This document shows, one piece after another, positions 37,345 through 46,722 of a DNA stretch of 49,930 nucleotides; within the stretch, counting starts at the first letter, position 1, and each line of letters starts with the position of its first letter. The notes beneath the pieces are model-generated. The model was given only the letters and a program-made list of their open reading frames with translations. It had not been told where the DNA came from and did not search any database. Source of the DNA: Candidatus Hodarchaeum mangrovi (lineage in GTDB: Archaea > Asgardarchaeota > Heimdallarchaeia > Hodarchaeales > Hodarchaeaceae); contig JAEOUE010000198.1 of the NCBI GenBank assembly GCA_016839515.1, forward strand, positions 1-49,930. Direction: 5' to 3'. Position numbers and translations under genes: made by a program.

Positions 37345-38571
37345 ATGCGATTAATAGTTTATCCATCCTTTGAAAAACGCTTTATTGGTTATAAAAATCA
37401 TTCACATATTTTCTTAGTTTATGGCAAGGTTTATGACGATTTTCAAGTGGTTCATTTAATTGATTTAATATCTACCCCTAATTCACAGCTAATTGGTTAC
37501 CTAAAAGTTGGAACCTCTCAGGAGGAAGAACTATATCGAACAGCGAAGGAATTGGATTACCCCTACCTTTATTTTATTACAGAATCACGAAGCTTAGAAG
37601 GATTATCAATAAATCTCTTTAAAAAGGACGAGACGATCCTGAATATCGAGTATGAGATTGAAAAGCTAGATTTATCACGATTATTTGTTAGAATAGATCA
37701 AAAAGAAACTCCATTAAATGCATTAAGAAACAAAAGTGTTGCAATCATTGGTCTTGGGTCAGGTGGATCCCTACTTGCCCTTTATCTGGCGAAATCTGGC
37801 GTAAAAAACTTCATTTTTATTGATGATGATCAATTAGAAACACATAATATAATTCGCCATCTTTGTGATATATCACAGATAGGTAGATATAAAACATTGG
37901 CAGTAAAAGATTATATCCTTGCTAGGATTCCTGATGTAACGATCCAAACTATAGAAAGAAAATTTCTTCTCGATACAAAGGAAGATTTTGATTATTTTCT
38001 GACTCTCCTTGGATCTATTGACCTTATAGCAGCTGTTTCAGGAGAACATGATGTAAATTACGCGATTAATGACTTTATCCATAGTAATCAGCTACCTATC
38101 CCTGTGGTATTTGCAGGAACTTTTGAAGGAGTTAAAGGAGGATTAATGTTTAAAGTTGACCCCCGAAACAGTGATTTTTGTTATCATTGTATTTATGCGA
38201 GACCAGAAAATTATGGAAGTATCCGTACAAAGGCCATTCCGACTACTGAAGAATTAGAACGAAAAATAAGCTATGATAGAACCATGCAAGAGCAATTAGC
38301 ACAACCAGGATTAGGTTTAGACGTTGATAATTTAACAATTTTATTGGCAAAATTCTGTTTAGACATCTTATTAACAAACATACCTCATGGATTATATCAA
38401 TTTCCCCATAATTTCTATATGTGGTTTAACCGAACGATCTTAAAACCCAATGGAGAGGTTAAGTTTGATGGAATGGAACTATATTATTATGAAGATTTAG
38501 ATAAGGACATTTCTTGTCCTTATCACGGGTTTGAGATAAAACAAACAACAGAAGTTGATAAAACGGAATAA
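37345..38571 (+). CDS. ThiF/MoeB/E1-like adenylyltransferase
   Basis: IIGLGSGGS, IDDDQLETHNIIRH, IGRYK, CYHC and CPYH Zn ligands. Confidence 0.92.
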   Translation: MRLIVYPSFEKRFIGYKNHSHIFLVYGKVYDDFQVVHLIDLISTPNSQLIGYLKVGTSQEEELYRTAKELDYPYLYFITESRSLEGLSINLFKKDETILNIEYEIEKLDLSRLFVRIDQKETPLNALRNKSVAIIGLGSGGSLLALYLAKSGVKNFIFIDDDQLETHNIIRHLCDISQIGRYKTLAVKDYILARIPDVTIQTIERKFLLDTKEDFDYFLTLLGSIDLIAAVSGEHDVNYAINDFIHSNQLPIPVVFAGTFEGVKGGLMFKVDPRNSDFCYHCIYARPENYGSIRTKAIPTTEELERKISYDRTMQEQLAQPGLGLDVDNLTILLAKFCLDILLTNIPHGLYQFPHNFYMWFNRTILKPNGEVKFDGMELYYYEDLDKDISCPYHGFEIKQTTEVDKTE

Positions 38572-38577
38572 AGTATA

Positions 38578-39012
38578 ATGTTGATGCGAAAAAGTTTACC
38601 AGAACGTGAAATCCCTCATATCACAAAACTTTTTCCTACAATTAAAAAAAAGGACTTTCGAAAGCTACCAAATGGAAATTATTGCCTACAAGTAAGTTTC
38701 AATACAACAGGGAAATATGCTTGTGGATTTTTTGATGTTTTAATTGAATATCCCTATAATTATCCAATGGCTGGTCCTAAAGCTTGGATCCAAAGACCTG
38801 ACATTTCACGAAAGACCCCCCATGTTTACGAATGGGATAAAGAAAATCATGCGAATATCTGCTATAATCGACCTAAGAAAGATTGGCATTTTAGTTATAG
38901 CTCCTATGAAGCCTGTTTGATGATTGAATCGTGGATTACAACCTACTGTCGCTGGATAAAAACCCAAATATGGGATTGGCCAGAAGCTGGTATGTTGGAC
39001 CATTTATTTTGA
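38578..39012 (+). CDS. Ubiquitin-conjugating E2-like protein 1
   Basis: TGKYACGFF.VLIEYP.NYP..GP, PHVY...NIC(95)Y, downstream W. Confidence 0.85.
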   Translation: MLMRKSLPEREIPHITKLFPTIKKKDFRKLPNGNYCLQVSFNTTGKYACGFFDVLIEYPYNYPMAGPKAWIQRPDISRKTPHVYEWDKENHANICYNRPKKDWHFSYSSYEACLMIESWITTYCRWIKTQIWDWPEAGMLDHLF

Positions 39013-39035
39013 TTGTAAGAAGGAGAAAAAAGTAA

Positions 39036-39440
39036 ATGCAACGGACTGTTGAAAAAGAACTCCACGAATTGAAAGGGGTATTTCCTTCCATAACACGAGA
39101 TGATTTTTATCGGTTATCAAATGGAAATATTGGTGTTCTGGTTAAATACCTAACTACAGGACCATATGCTCGTGGAACCTTTGTTGTACTGATAGAATTC
39201 CCCCATAATTACCCCAATGCGCCTCCTCATGCTTGGATTGTCAAACCAAAAATTCATCCCAAAACTCATCATATCTATCGCAAAGATGAATATGGTCAAA
39301 CTGAAATATGTTATTTACGACCGCAAAAAGATTGGCATTATTCATTTACTGCTTACGACGCAGCTATTATGATCCAAACCTGGATTTGGGCATATTGTAA
39401 ATGGCGGAAAACAGGTAAATGGGATTGGAAGGAAGCTTAA
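39036..39440 (+). CDS. Ubiquitin-conjugating E2-like protein 2
   Basis: TGPYARGTF.VLIEFP.NYP.APP, HHIY...EIC(92)Y; SD AAGGAG; clear paralog of the upstream gene. Confidence 0.87.
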   Translation: MQRTVEKELHELKGVFPSITRDDFYRLSNGNIGVLVKYLTTGPYARGTFVVLIEFPHNYPNAPPHAWIVKPKIHPKTHHIYRKDEYGQTEICYLRPQKDWHYSFTAYDAAIMIQTWIWAYCKWRKTGKWDWKEA

Positions 39441-39580
39441 GTCTTCATTCAGTTTAAAGACGCAAAAGTTTATCATAAATTTCATAAGACTATTCCTAAA
39501 TGTGAATTGCCACAAGCACTCTCTTAATACATAATAAGTTATACCTTTTTTTACCAAAATTATAACTCAGGAAATAAGAC

Positions 39581-41083
39581 TTGGGTTTGAGAATAATGAA
39601 TGAAATTATTTTTGCTTGCTTAGTTGACTTTAGATATTTCAATTTAGAATCAATCTTATTTGCTACAAGTATCCGAGAATTTGGAGGAAAGCTAGCAAAT
39701 ACTCCTATCTGGATGTTTTTTGATTCTACTGAATCAAGTCCAAAATCAGTAACTGAAAATAAACTAAATGATTTGAGAGTACAATTATTCCCCTATACTC
39801 ATGAGCCCAATCAAGAACGATTTCCATTTCTTAATTGGGTATTTACTGCCTCATTAGCTGAAACAAAAGCTAAATCCAAAACTAAAAATTTAGCATGGCT
39901 AAGTCCTGAAACATTAATTCTAAATGAGCCTTTTGATTTAATCTTACAGGCAGATAAAAAACTTGGATTTCGACCAGTTCATCACACTCTGATTGGATCA
40001 GTAATTACTGAAGAAGTAGATCCTTATTGGAAAACTATATACAATTTATGTCAAGTTGATGCAACAAAAATCTTTCCAATGAGAACTCATATAGATGGAA
40101 AGACCATTCGTCCTTATTTCAATGCTGGATGCCTTGTTGTAAACCCTAATCATGGTATACTAAACCTATGGTTTGAAAAATTTAAAGAAATTTTCCCAAG
40201 ACCAGAGATGAAAGAATTCTACAAACATAATGAACTCTATGCAATTTTTACTCACCAAGCCATTCTTGTTGGAACTGTAATCTCGAAATATGATTTAGAT
40301 GAAATTCAAGAATTACCTTTTACCTATAATTATCCGCTGCATCTTTATCATGAGGCCCGTGAAGAACTACGCCCTTCAAGTATTAAAGATTTAACAACAA
40401 TTCGATACGAAAATCTAGCTGTGTTAAAAAATTCAGAATTTGCTAAACCAATTATAGAATGGGTTAATAATCAACTGGATATTCTAAATCCAGACATATC
40501 ACAATTTGGGAAATACTCATTAGGACCAAAACCCCTTATTTTTCCTATTCCTATCTCTTTAGTGGGAGCACTTGTAGCAGGAAAACCTAATTTTGAAACA
40601 ATTGGGGATGTGGGAATTATGGGCTTAAACCCTCCCCTTGTTTATGTCTCCTCTCATAAAGAGCATTATACTAATCATGGAATCCTACGAAACCAAACCT
40701 TCTCAATTAATCTACCTCCAACTTCTTTATTGCCTCAAACTGACTATTGTGGGGTTGTCTCAGGAAAGGATGTTGATAAGTCACAACTTTTCACTGTATT
40801 TTATGGAAAACTACACAATGCCCCAATGATTGTTGAAGCTTCTGTTAACTTGGAATGCAAAGTAATAAAAGAATTCTCCATTCAAAATCGACAAATCTTC
40901 ATTGGAGAAGTAGTCCAGTCATACATTGATGAGAGGTTGCTAGAAAAAAAGGGGGATGAATTTAAAATTAAGGATATGATTAATATAGATCCAATAATTT
41001 ATGGACTAAATAATCGCTATTACAGTATTGGTAAAGAAATTGGAGTAGGATACCATGAATACAAGAAATTTAAACCTGATTAA
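39581..41083 (+). CDS. Fusion of GT-A (GT8-like) domain and flavin reductase-like (flavoredoxin) domain
   Basis: N-terminal SIREFGG, PYFNAGCLV, YNYP; C-terminal P.PI.LV, NPP, H.T..GI....FSIN.P, DYCGVVSG..VDK, APMI.E...LEC, FIGEVV. Confidence 0.75.
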   Translation: MGLRIMNEIIFACLVDFRYFNLESILFATSIREFGGKLANTPIWMFFDSTESSPKSVTENKLNDLRVQLFPYTHEPNQERFPFLNWVFTASLAETKAKSKTKNLAWLSPETLILNEPFDLILQADKKLGFRPVHHTLIGSVITEEVDPYWKTIYNLCQVDATKIFPMRTHIDGKTIRPYFNAGCLVVNPNHGILNLWFEKFKEIFPRPEMKEFYKHNELYAIFTHQAILVGTVISKYDLDEIQELPFTYNYPLHLYHEAREELRPSSIKDLTTIRYENLAVLKNSEFAKPIIEWVNNQLDILNPDISQFGKYSLGPKPLIFPIPISLVGALVAGKPNFETIGDVGIMGLNPPLVYVSSHKEHYTNHGILRNQTFSINLPPTSLLPQTDYCGVVSGKDVDKSQLFTVFYGKLHNAPMIVEASVNLECKVIKEFSIQNRQIFIGEVVQSYIDERLLEKKGDEFKIKDMINIDPIIYGLNNRYYSIGKEIGVGYHEYKKFKPD

Positions 41084-41196
41084 TTTAATTTTTTAGAAAA
41101 ACCAACCATATTTTGAAAAAGTCAAATAATCATCATGAGAAAATTTAATTACATCCAGTTCGTTCATGAAAGAATAATTGAAAATTGGTGAAATAG

Positions 41197-41550
41197 ATGC
41201 CCATCATTACAATTATACTAAATGATGCTCCTTATGGTTCAGAAAGGACTTATAATGGATTAAGAACTGCAATGACTTTGCAGAAAGAGGATAATGTCAA
41301 GGTCAACGTGTTTCTCTTTGCTGATGCAACTTTTTGTGCCCTTGAAGGCCAAACTACCCCTGATGGTTATTATAACATCGGAAGGATGATTCGATATATA
41401 GCTAAGAAGGGGAAAGTCAGTTGTTGCAGCTCATGTATGGATGCTAGAGGAATTGGTAAGGATATTCCTTTAATCGAAAATGTCCAGCGAAGTTCCATGA
41501 ATGAATTAAAAGAATGGATTCTTTCCAGTGATAAGGTAATAAACTTTTAG
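41197..41550 (+). CDS. DsrE/DsrF-family sulfur relay protein (YchN-like)
   Basis: APYGSER.YNGLR, VFL.ADA, Q.TP.GYYNI..M, C.SC.DARG; SD GGTGA. Confidence 0.9.
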   Translation: MPIITIILNDAPYGSERTYNGLRTAMTLQKEDNVKVNVFLFADATFCALEGQTTPDGYYNIGRMIRYIAKKGKVSCCSSCMDARGIGKDIPLIENVQRSSMNELKEWILSSDKVINF

Positions 41551-41554
41551 CAAG

Positions 41555-42769
41555 TTAGTCAATTACCTTAAATCGTCTTTGAATTTCTTTTAAGATTTTT
41601 AAGGAGTGATCAATGTTTTTCGTTTCAAGAGCTAGTGTAACAACAACAAAATTGAATGGGAGATTGGGGGAATAACGGTCAACATTAACATCAATAATAT
41701 TCGCCTCTTCCTTTGATATCACACTTAATAGTGATTCAAGTCGTCCTGGTTTATCTTCTAGCAGAACTTTCAATTCACGGTACCGTCCTGATTTGATCAA
41801 TCCTTGAGTAATAATCCGACTGAGCATCGTTATATCTACATTACCTCCACTCACCACTAATACTACTTTCTCGTTTTCTTTGGTTATCTGTTTATACAAT
41901 AATGCAGCTAAAGCAACGGCACCTGCTCCCTCTCCAACTGATTTACACCGCTCTAACAACAAAAGCATGGCATTAGCTATCTCCTCCTCCTCAACCAGAA
42001 CAATATCATCTAATAAAGACATAATGTGTGAAAAAGTGAAATTACTTGGACTTTTGATAGCTATCCCATCTGCAATAGTATTACCTTTTTCTGTATAAAT
42101 CAATTTTTTTTCTTTAAAAGATCGATAGGCTGCATCCATAACCTTAGATTGAACTCCTATTATGCGACATTCTGGTTTTTTAGACTTTATTGCAGTTGCA
42201 ATCCCTGAAATAAGTCCACCTCCTCCAATCGGGCATATTACTACATCAACATCAGGTAAATCCTCAAATATTTCCAAACCAATTGTACCTTGACCAGCAA
42301 CTATATAGGGGTCATCAAATGCATGAACTAGAGTATAACCTTCACGTTTTCCGACCCCCTGGGCCTCTATAGATGCTTCTTCAAAACTGTCCCCGAATAG
42401 GATCACTCTTCCTCCATATCCCTTGGTAGCCTCGACTTTTGGGATAGGAGCTCCAATAGGCATGACAATTGTTGATGGTATCTTAAACATTGAAGCTGCT
42501 AAAGCTACGCCCTGTGCATGATTTCCGGTGCTTACTGCTACTACACCTTTTTTTCGCTGTGCCTCTGTCAAATTCGCAATTTTATTGTAAGCGCCTCTAA
42601 TTTTAAATGAACCAGCTTTTTGTAAATTTTCGTATTTTATATAAACTTCACAATTGGTCATTTTTGAGAATGTAGTTGAATGGGTCAATGGGGTTCTCTT
42701 AATATTACCCTTCAAAATCTGTTGAGCAGCTTCAATATCCTTCAATGTAAGAATTGCCATGTCATTCAC
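41555..42769 (-). CDS. ilvA: Threonine ammonia-lyase with C-terminal ACT domain
   Basis: ENLQKAGSFKIRG, STGNHAQG, GQGTIGLE, PIGGGGLISG, SGGNVD, ACT (DKPG.L); true start may be ATG 42760. Confidence 0.92.
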   Translation of the reverse strand: MNDMAILTLKDIEAAQQILKGNIKRTPLTHSTTFSKMTNCEVYIKYENLQKAGSFKIRGAYNKIANLTEAQRKKGVVAVSTGNHAQGVALAASMFKIPSTIVMPIGAPIPKVEATKGYGGRVILFGDSFEEASIEAQGVGKREGYTLVHAFDDPYIVAGQGTIGLEIFEDLPDVDVVICPIGGGGLISGIATAIKSKKPECRIIGVQSKVMDAAYRSFKEKKLIYTEKGNTIADGIAIKSPSNFTFSHIMSLLDDIVLVEEEEIANAMLLLLERCKSVGEGAGAVALAALLYKQITKENEKVVLVVSGGNVDITMLSRIITQGLIKSGRYRELKVLLEDKPGRLESLLSVISKEEANIIDVNVDRYSPNLPFNFVVVTLALETKNIDHSLKILKEIQRRFKVID

Positions 42770-43032
42770 CTTTTAGAGAGAGATATTCCAATAGAATAAA
42801 TAAAAATTGATTAATAGCAAAAAATTATGGTTCTTTTTATATTATCTTGCATTTCAATGGATCATTATAAATAGCTATATAGATGTTAATTATGGACTTA
42901 TTTCATTTGATTTAATAGAATTGATGTTTTTTTATATTTTCAGAGCAGTATGGTCGTATTCTATTATTAGAATTGGATAATTTTTATCAAAAAGTTTATA
43001 TAGTTCCTTTTCCAATATTAGAATAGGTATGT

Positions 43033-43662
43033 TTGATGAGTATACAGGGATCAAAACTCTCATTGAATGATCTAACAGTACTTGGTTTAGTTAATGAATC
43101 GCAGCAGACAGGAATCACAGGATTACAACTCGAAGACACAGTTGAAAGGAGAGGAATGCGAGTTTGGACAAAAATAGGAAAATCTAGCATTTATCATTCC
43201 CTTCAAAGACTTCAGAAATGGAAATTTGCAGAAATGGAAACAATTGTAACATTTGAAGACAATATTCCTCCAATAAAACAAAAATTCTTCAAAATAACTG
43301 AATTAGGGAAAAAAGAATTAAAAAATGCAGTTTTTTCTATTCTTTCTAAACATGAAAAACTTATAGATCCATTTGATATAGCATTTGCTTTTATTCAAAA
43401 TTTAACACAAGATGAAATTTCCAATGCTTTTTCCCAGAGAATAAATTCGATAAATAATAGAGAATCTCTTTTGAAAAGTAAAATTGAAGAATTTAATTCG
43501 GCAAGTGCCCACGGTTATACTTTTGATGGATCTAAAATCTATCATAAAGCAGTTATTCAGCATATAATAGCTTTATTTACTCGTCCATTAGCCTTTGTAG
43601 AAGCAGAAAAAAAATGGTTGATAGAAACTTTAATGAATTTCAAAAAATTTGATAATATTTAG
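43033..43662 (+). CDS. PadR-family transcriptional regulator
   Basis: VLGL..E...G..L...VE.RGMR.W..IG.SSIY..L..L and ITELGK. Confidence 0.85.
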   Translation: MMSIQGSKLSLNDLTVLGLVNESQQTGITGLQLEDTVERRGMRVWTKIGKSSIYHSLQRLQKWKFAEMETIVTFEDNIPPIKQKFFKITELGKKELKNAVFSILSKHEKLIDPFDIAFAFIQNLTQDEISNAFSQRINSINNRESLLKSKIEEFNSASAHGYTFDGSKIYHKAVIQHIIALFTRPLAFVEAEKKWLIETLMNFKKFDNI

Positions 43663-43673
43663 GTAGATAAAAA

Positions 43674-44735
43674 ATGGAGTCATTTAGTTATGATTATATA
43701 ATTCCAGGATTCATACATCGTCCTGGTGTTCATTGCACATCCACAGCTCTTAGAAATATTTTTGAATTTAATGGTCTTAAAATGACTGAAGCAATGATTT
43801 TTGGTCTTGGGGGGGGATTAGGAATTAGTTACCTAAAATTTCATGGACAGGAACCCATGATTGGAGGTCGTCAGAATAATTTTGAAAAAAATCTTGCTAA
43901 AATAATGAATATACCCTATAAATTCTTTCGAACTAGTAAAGAAGAGGAGGGATGGAATAGGTTAAAAAACCACTTAGAACAAGGAAAACCAATGGCTATA
44001 AATATTGACATGGCCTATTTGGATTACCATGACGACCTTCCTAGTGAAGATTTTCATTTTGGGATGCACACAGTCGTTGTTTGTGGATACAATCCTACTA
44101 AGAATACCATTCTTATTGCTGATACAGGATTTAAAGATATTCAAGAAATTACAATTGAAAGATTATACCAAGGAAGAAATGCAAGGTATAATAGATGGCT
44201 CGATGCTAATAATTCTATTTATGAATTAGATTTTTCCCAAGATCATCCTAGTTTGAAAAAAATTATTCCCCAAGCAATTCGTAATAATGGAATTTCACTC
44301 CAAAAAAGTAATCGCATAATGAGACTATTAGGTATTCATAGTGGGGCCCAAGGAATTAAAAAATTCAATAATGATCTTGAGAAATGGGTCAATCTTCCAA
44401 AAAAAGATTTAATAATTCGTTGTCGTGATATAACAGGCTATATTTCGGAATATGGAACAGGAGGAGGCTTTTTTCGCTTTTTATACGGTAAATTTCTGAA
44501 TGAAAGTGCAGAAATCATGGAGGATGAATCTCTTCAGGTATTAAGTTCTTATTATGAAGAACTGGGACAGAAATGGGAAAATATAGCTAAAAAAATTAGA
44601 GAACTTCCTGATGTGGAAGATAAGGCAGAATCAATTCTAAGTATACAACAAAACATAGATCTGCTAATTACATCAGAAAATCAAGGTGCTGTTAAGTTGA
44701 GGAATTATTCACACCCCTCAGAAGGGAAAAACTGA
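43674..44735 (+). CDS. BtrH-like N-terminal domain/DUF4872 protein (papain-like fold)
   Basis: G.HC...ALRN, EAMIFGLGGG, HFG.H.VVV.GY, IADT, GTGGG.FR.LY..FL. Confidence 0.85.
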   Translation: MESFSYDYIIPGFIHRPGVHCTSTALRNIFEFNGLKMTEAMIFGLGGGLGISYLKFHGQEPMIGGRQNNFEKNLAKIMNIPYKFFRTSKEEEGWNRLKNHLEQGKPMAINIDMAYLDYHDDLPSEDFHFGMHTVVVCGYNPTKNTILIADTGFKDIQEITIERLYQGRNARYNRWLDANNSIYELDFSQDHPSLKKIIPQAIRNNGISLQKSNRIMRLLGIHSGAQGIKKFNNDLEKWVNLPKKDLIIRCRDITGYISEYGTGGGFFRFLYGKFLNESAEIMEDESLQVLSSYYEELGQKWENIAKKIRELPDVEDKAESILSIQQNIDLLITSENQGAVKLRNYSHPSEGKN

Positions 44736-44751
44736 TTAGGAGAGATTTATA

Positions 44752-45378
44752 ATGACAAAAATAGATTTAAAAAAAGTGTATAAAGAACTATATACTGGAA
44801 AAGAAGGAGTCTCAGTCTTAGTTGAAGTGCCAGATATGAATTACCTTATGATTGATGGAAAGGGTTATCCTGGAACGTCTCAGGAGTACCAAGATGCAAT
44901 GCAAACCCTTTATCCAGTAGCCTATACATTAAAATTTATGATGAAGAAATATAACAAAGATTTTGTAGTTATGCCTCTTGAAGGGCTTTGGTGGGCAGAG
45001 GAATTCACTTCATTTACGACTGATTCAATGGAACGCAAAGATGAATGGTTATGGACTTCAATGATTTTGCAACCTGATTTTATCACTTTGGAACATATAG
45101 ATGAAGCAATAAAGGAGCTTGAAGAGAAAAAGAAAAATCTTCCAAGCATCAAGAAGCTTAGATTTGAGACTCTTCGTGAAGGAAAATCAGGACAAATTTT
45201 CCATATTGGACCATATAATCAGGAGGAACCTAATATTGTAAAATTACATGCATTCATTAAAGAATTAGGTGGTAAATTCGATGGGAAAATTCAAAAACAC
45301 CATGAAATTTATTTAAGTGATCCTAGGCGAACCAAACCCGAGCATTATAAAACAGTAATTCGACAGCCCTTTATTTAA
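44752..45378 (+). CDS. GyrI-like small-molecule-binding protein
   Basis: DLKK, LMIDGKG.P, VMPLEGLWW, H.GPY..E, HHEIYLSDPRRT, RQP. Confidence 0.9.
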   Translation: MTKIDLKKVYKELYTGKEGVSVLVEVPDMNYLMIDGKGYPGTSQEYQDAMQTLYPVAYTLKFMMKKYNKDFVVMPLEGLWWAEEFTSFTTDSMERKDEWLWTSMILQPDFITLEHIDEAIKELEEKKKNLPSIKKLRFETLREGKSGQIFHIGPYNQEEPNIVKLHAFIKELGGKFDGKIQKHHEIYLSDPRRTKPEHYKTVIRQPFI

Positions 45379-45388
45379 AGCTGTTTTT

Positions 45389-46426
45389 CTACCATCGCCA
45401 ATATATATCTTCAGCATGGCCTAACATGTTTTCAATCCGGATGATATCACCTTCATCTAGTAGAACCTCTCCTGAATATAATCCATGCAATAGGCATGAA
45501 TTCAAAGAAATCAGTCCATAATTGAGTTTTTCACGATGAGGAATTAGTGGAACTAATTCCATTCGAAATCGATTATCATTACTTGTAAATTTCCATGGTT
45601 TTGAAGGATCTCGATTCTCATGATGGAAAACAACTTCATCTAATTTATGTACTTTACCATTATAGAAAAATATATTTTCAGTATGGGAAGATAAATCCCC
45701 AAATCCATAACCAATGTTAAAAGCAATTGGAATTCCGTCAATTATTCCACATGCTGAACCCCATAACCAATGAGTGCGATAAGGCCATATCCCTCGACCC
45801 CAATCCATTAATCCAAATGACGTTTGAGGATCGAATGTGTATTCTTTTCCTCCAAAATTTATTCCCCCTTTAGCAGGCATATAATTTACCTTGTGATTAT
45901 AATAAAAAAGCTTTGAATCCTCTTTGTAGCCTGTTACAACAACTGTATTATCCATCGAAGGATCATCTGTCAACTTAACATCACCCTGAACTATTTTTTT
46001 GCCGATTTGGATGTTATCAAGTTTTAACAACCGTAAATTTCCCCTTTTTTCGATTGTTGCATTAAATTTATTTGTAGGAAATTCTATAATGCTATCTTCC
46101 AATGAACTCTGAGGAAGCAACTTGGATCTAGTTAGAAATTTCATTGTTGCATAATCAAATCGTTTTCTTTTTTTAAAATCTAAGAAAACAAAACTCATTT
46201 GCGTCAAATAACCAATATCACCTATTGTGAGTTGTATCCCAAATTCAGGATTCAAGATGGAAAAATGATCCCATTCCTTAATTCTAATCCAACTTTTAGC
46301 AATATTCTCTTTATTATAAGTTAAAATTGGTTTTCTTGCCCATCCACGTTGATTCAATGTCCCTTTGCTTGATAATAAAGTACCAGAAACAGTAATTTCG
46401 TTCTGTAAACCCAAGTTTTTTCTCAC
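45389..46426 (-). CDS. DUF2804 family protein
   Basis: G.L...GWAR, KEWD, YN.K, DWGRG.WPY.T.W.W, TEN, PWKF. Confidence 0.8.
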   Translation of the reverse strand: MRKNLGLQNEITVSGTLLSSKGTLNQRGWARKPILTYNKENIAKSWIRIKEWDHFSILNPEFGIQLTIGDIGYLTQMSFVFLDFKKRKRFDYATMKFLTRSKLLPQSSLEDSIIEFPTNKFNATIEKRGNLRLLKLDNIQIGKKIVQGDVKLTDDPSMDNTVVVTGYKEDSKLFYYNHKVNYMPAKGGINFGGKEYTFDPQTSFGLMDWGRGIWPYRTHWLWGSACGIIDGIPIAFNIGYGFGDLSSHTENIFFYNGKVHKLDEVVFHHENRDPSKPWKFTSNDNRFRMELVPLIPHREKLNYGLISLNSCLLHGLYSGEVLLDEGDIIRIENMLGHAEDIYWRW

Positions 46427-46722
46427 CTATTTTTCCTTTAATATGATTTATTCTTTTTAAGTAAATTTTCGATTTCCTTACAAATGCAAAATTGATTTTC
46501 AGAGTGTTTAAATCCAATTTTCTTGATATTTTCTTGAATAGGCTTATAAGAAGCTTTGTGAAAGGCATAAAATGGATTTAAGAGGGTTAGAAATAGAATT
46601 TTATGATTTTACTTAATCAAAATAGGAATTTTTATTCTCTAATTGCCTAAATTCTGCTAAGTTTAAACGTATAATCTATTTTATCTCTATTAAAACCCAA
46701 AAAACAATTAGGTGAAACTAAA

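Noticed and set aside
36418-39440. Calling the cassette CBASS/Pycsar or the canonical archaeal ubiquitin operon
   Set aside because: No CD-NTase, cyclase, effector, ubiquitin-fold protein or RING gene is adjacent
46314-46568. 84-aa minus-strand ORF overlapping the DUF2804 start
   Set aside because: Low-complexity AT-driven composition, out-of-frame overlap, no motif
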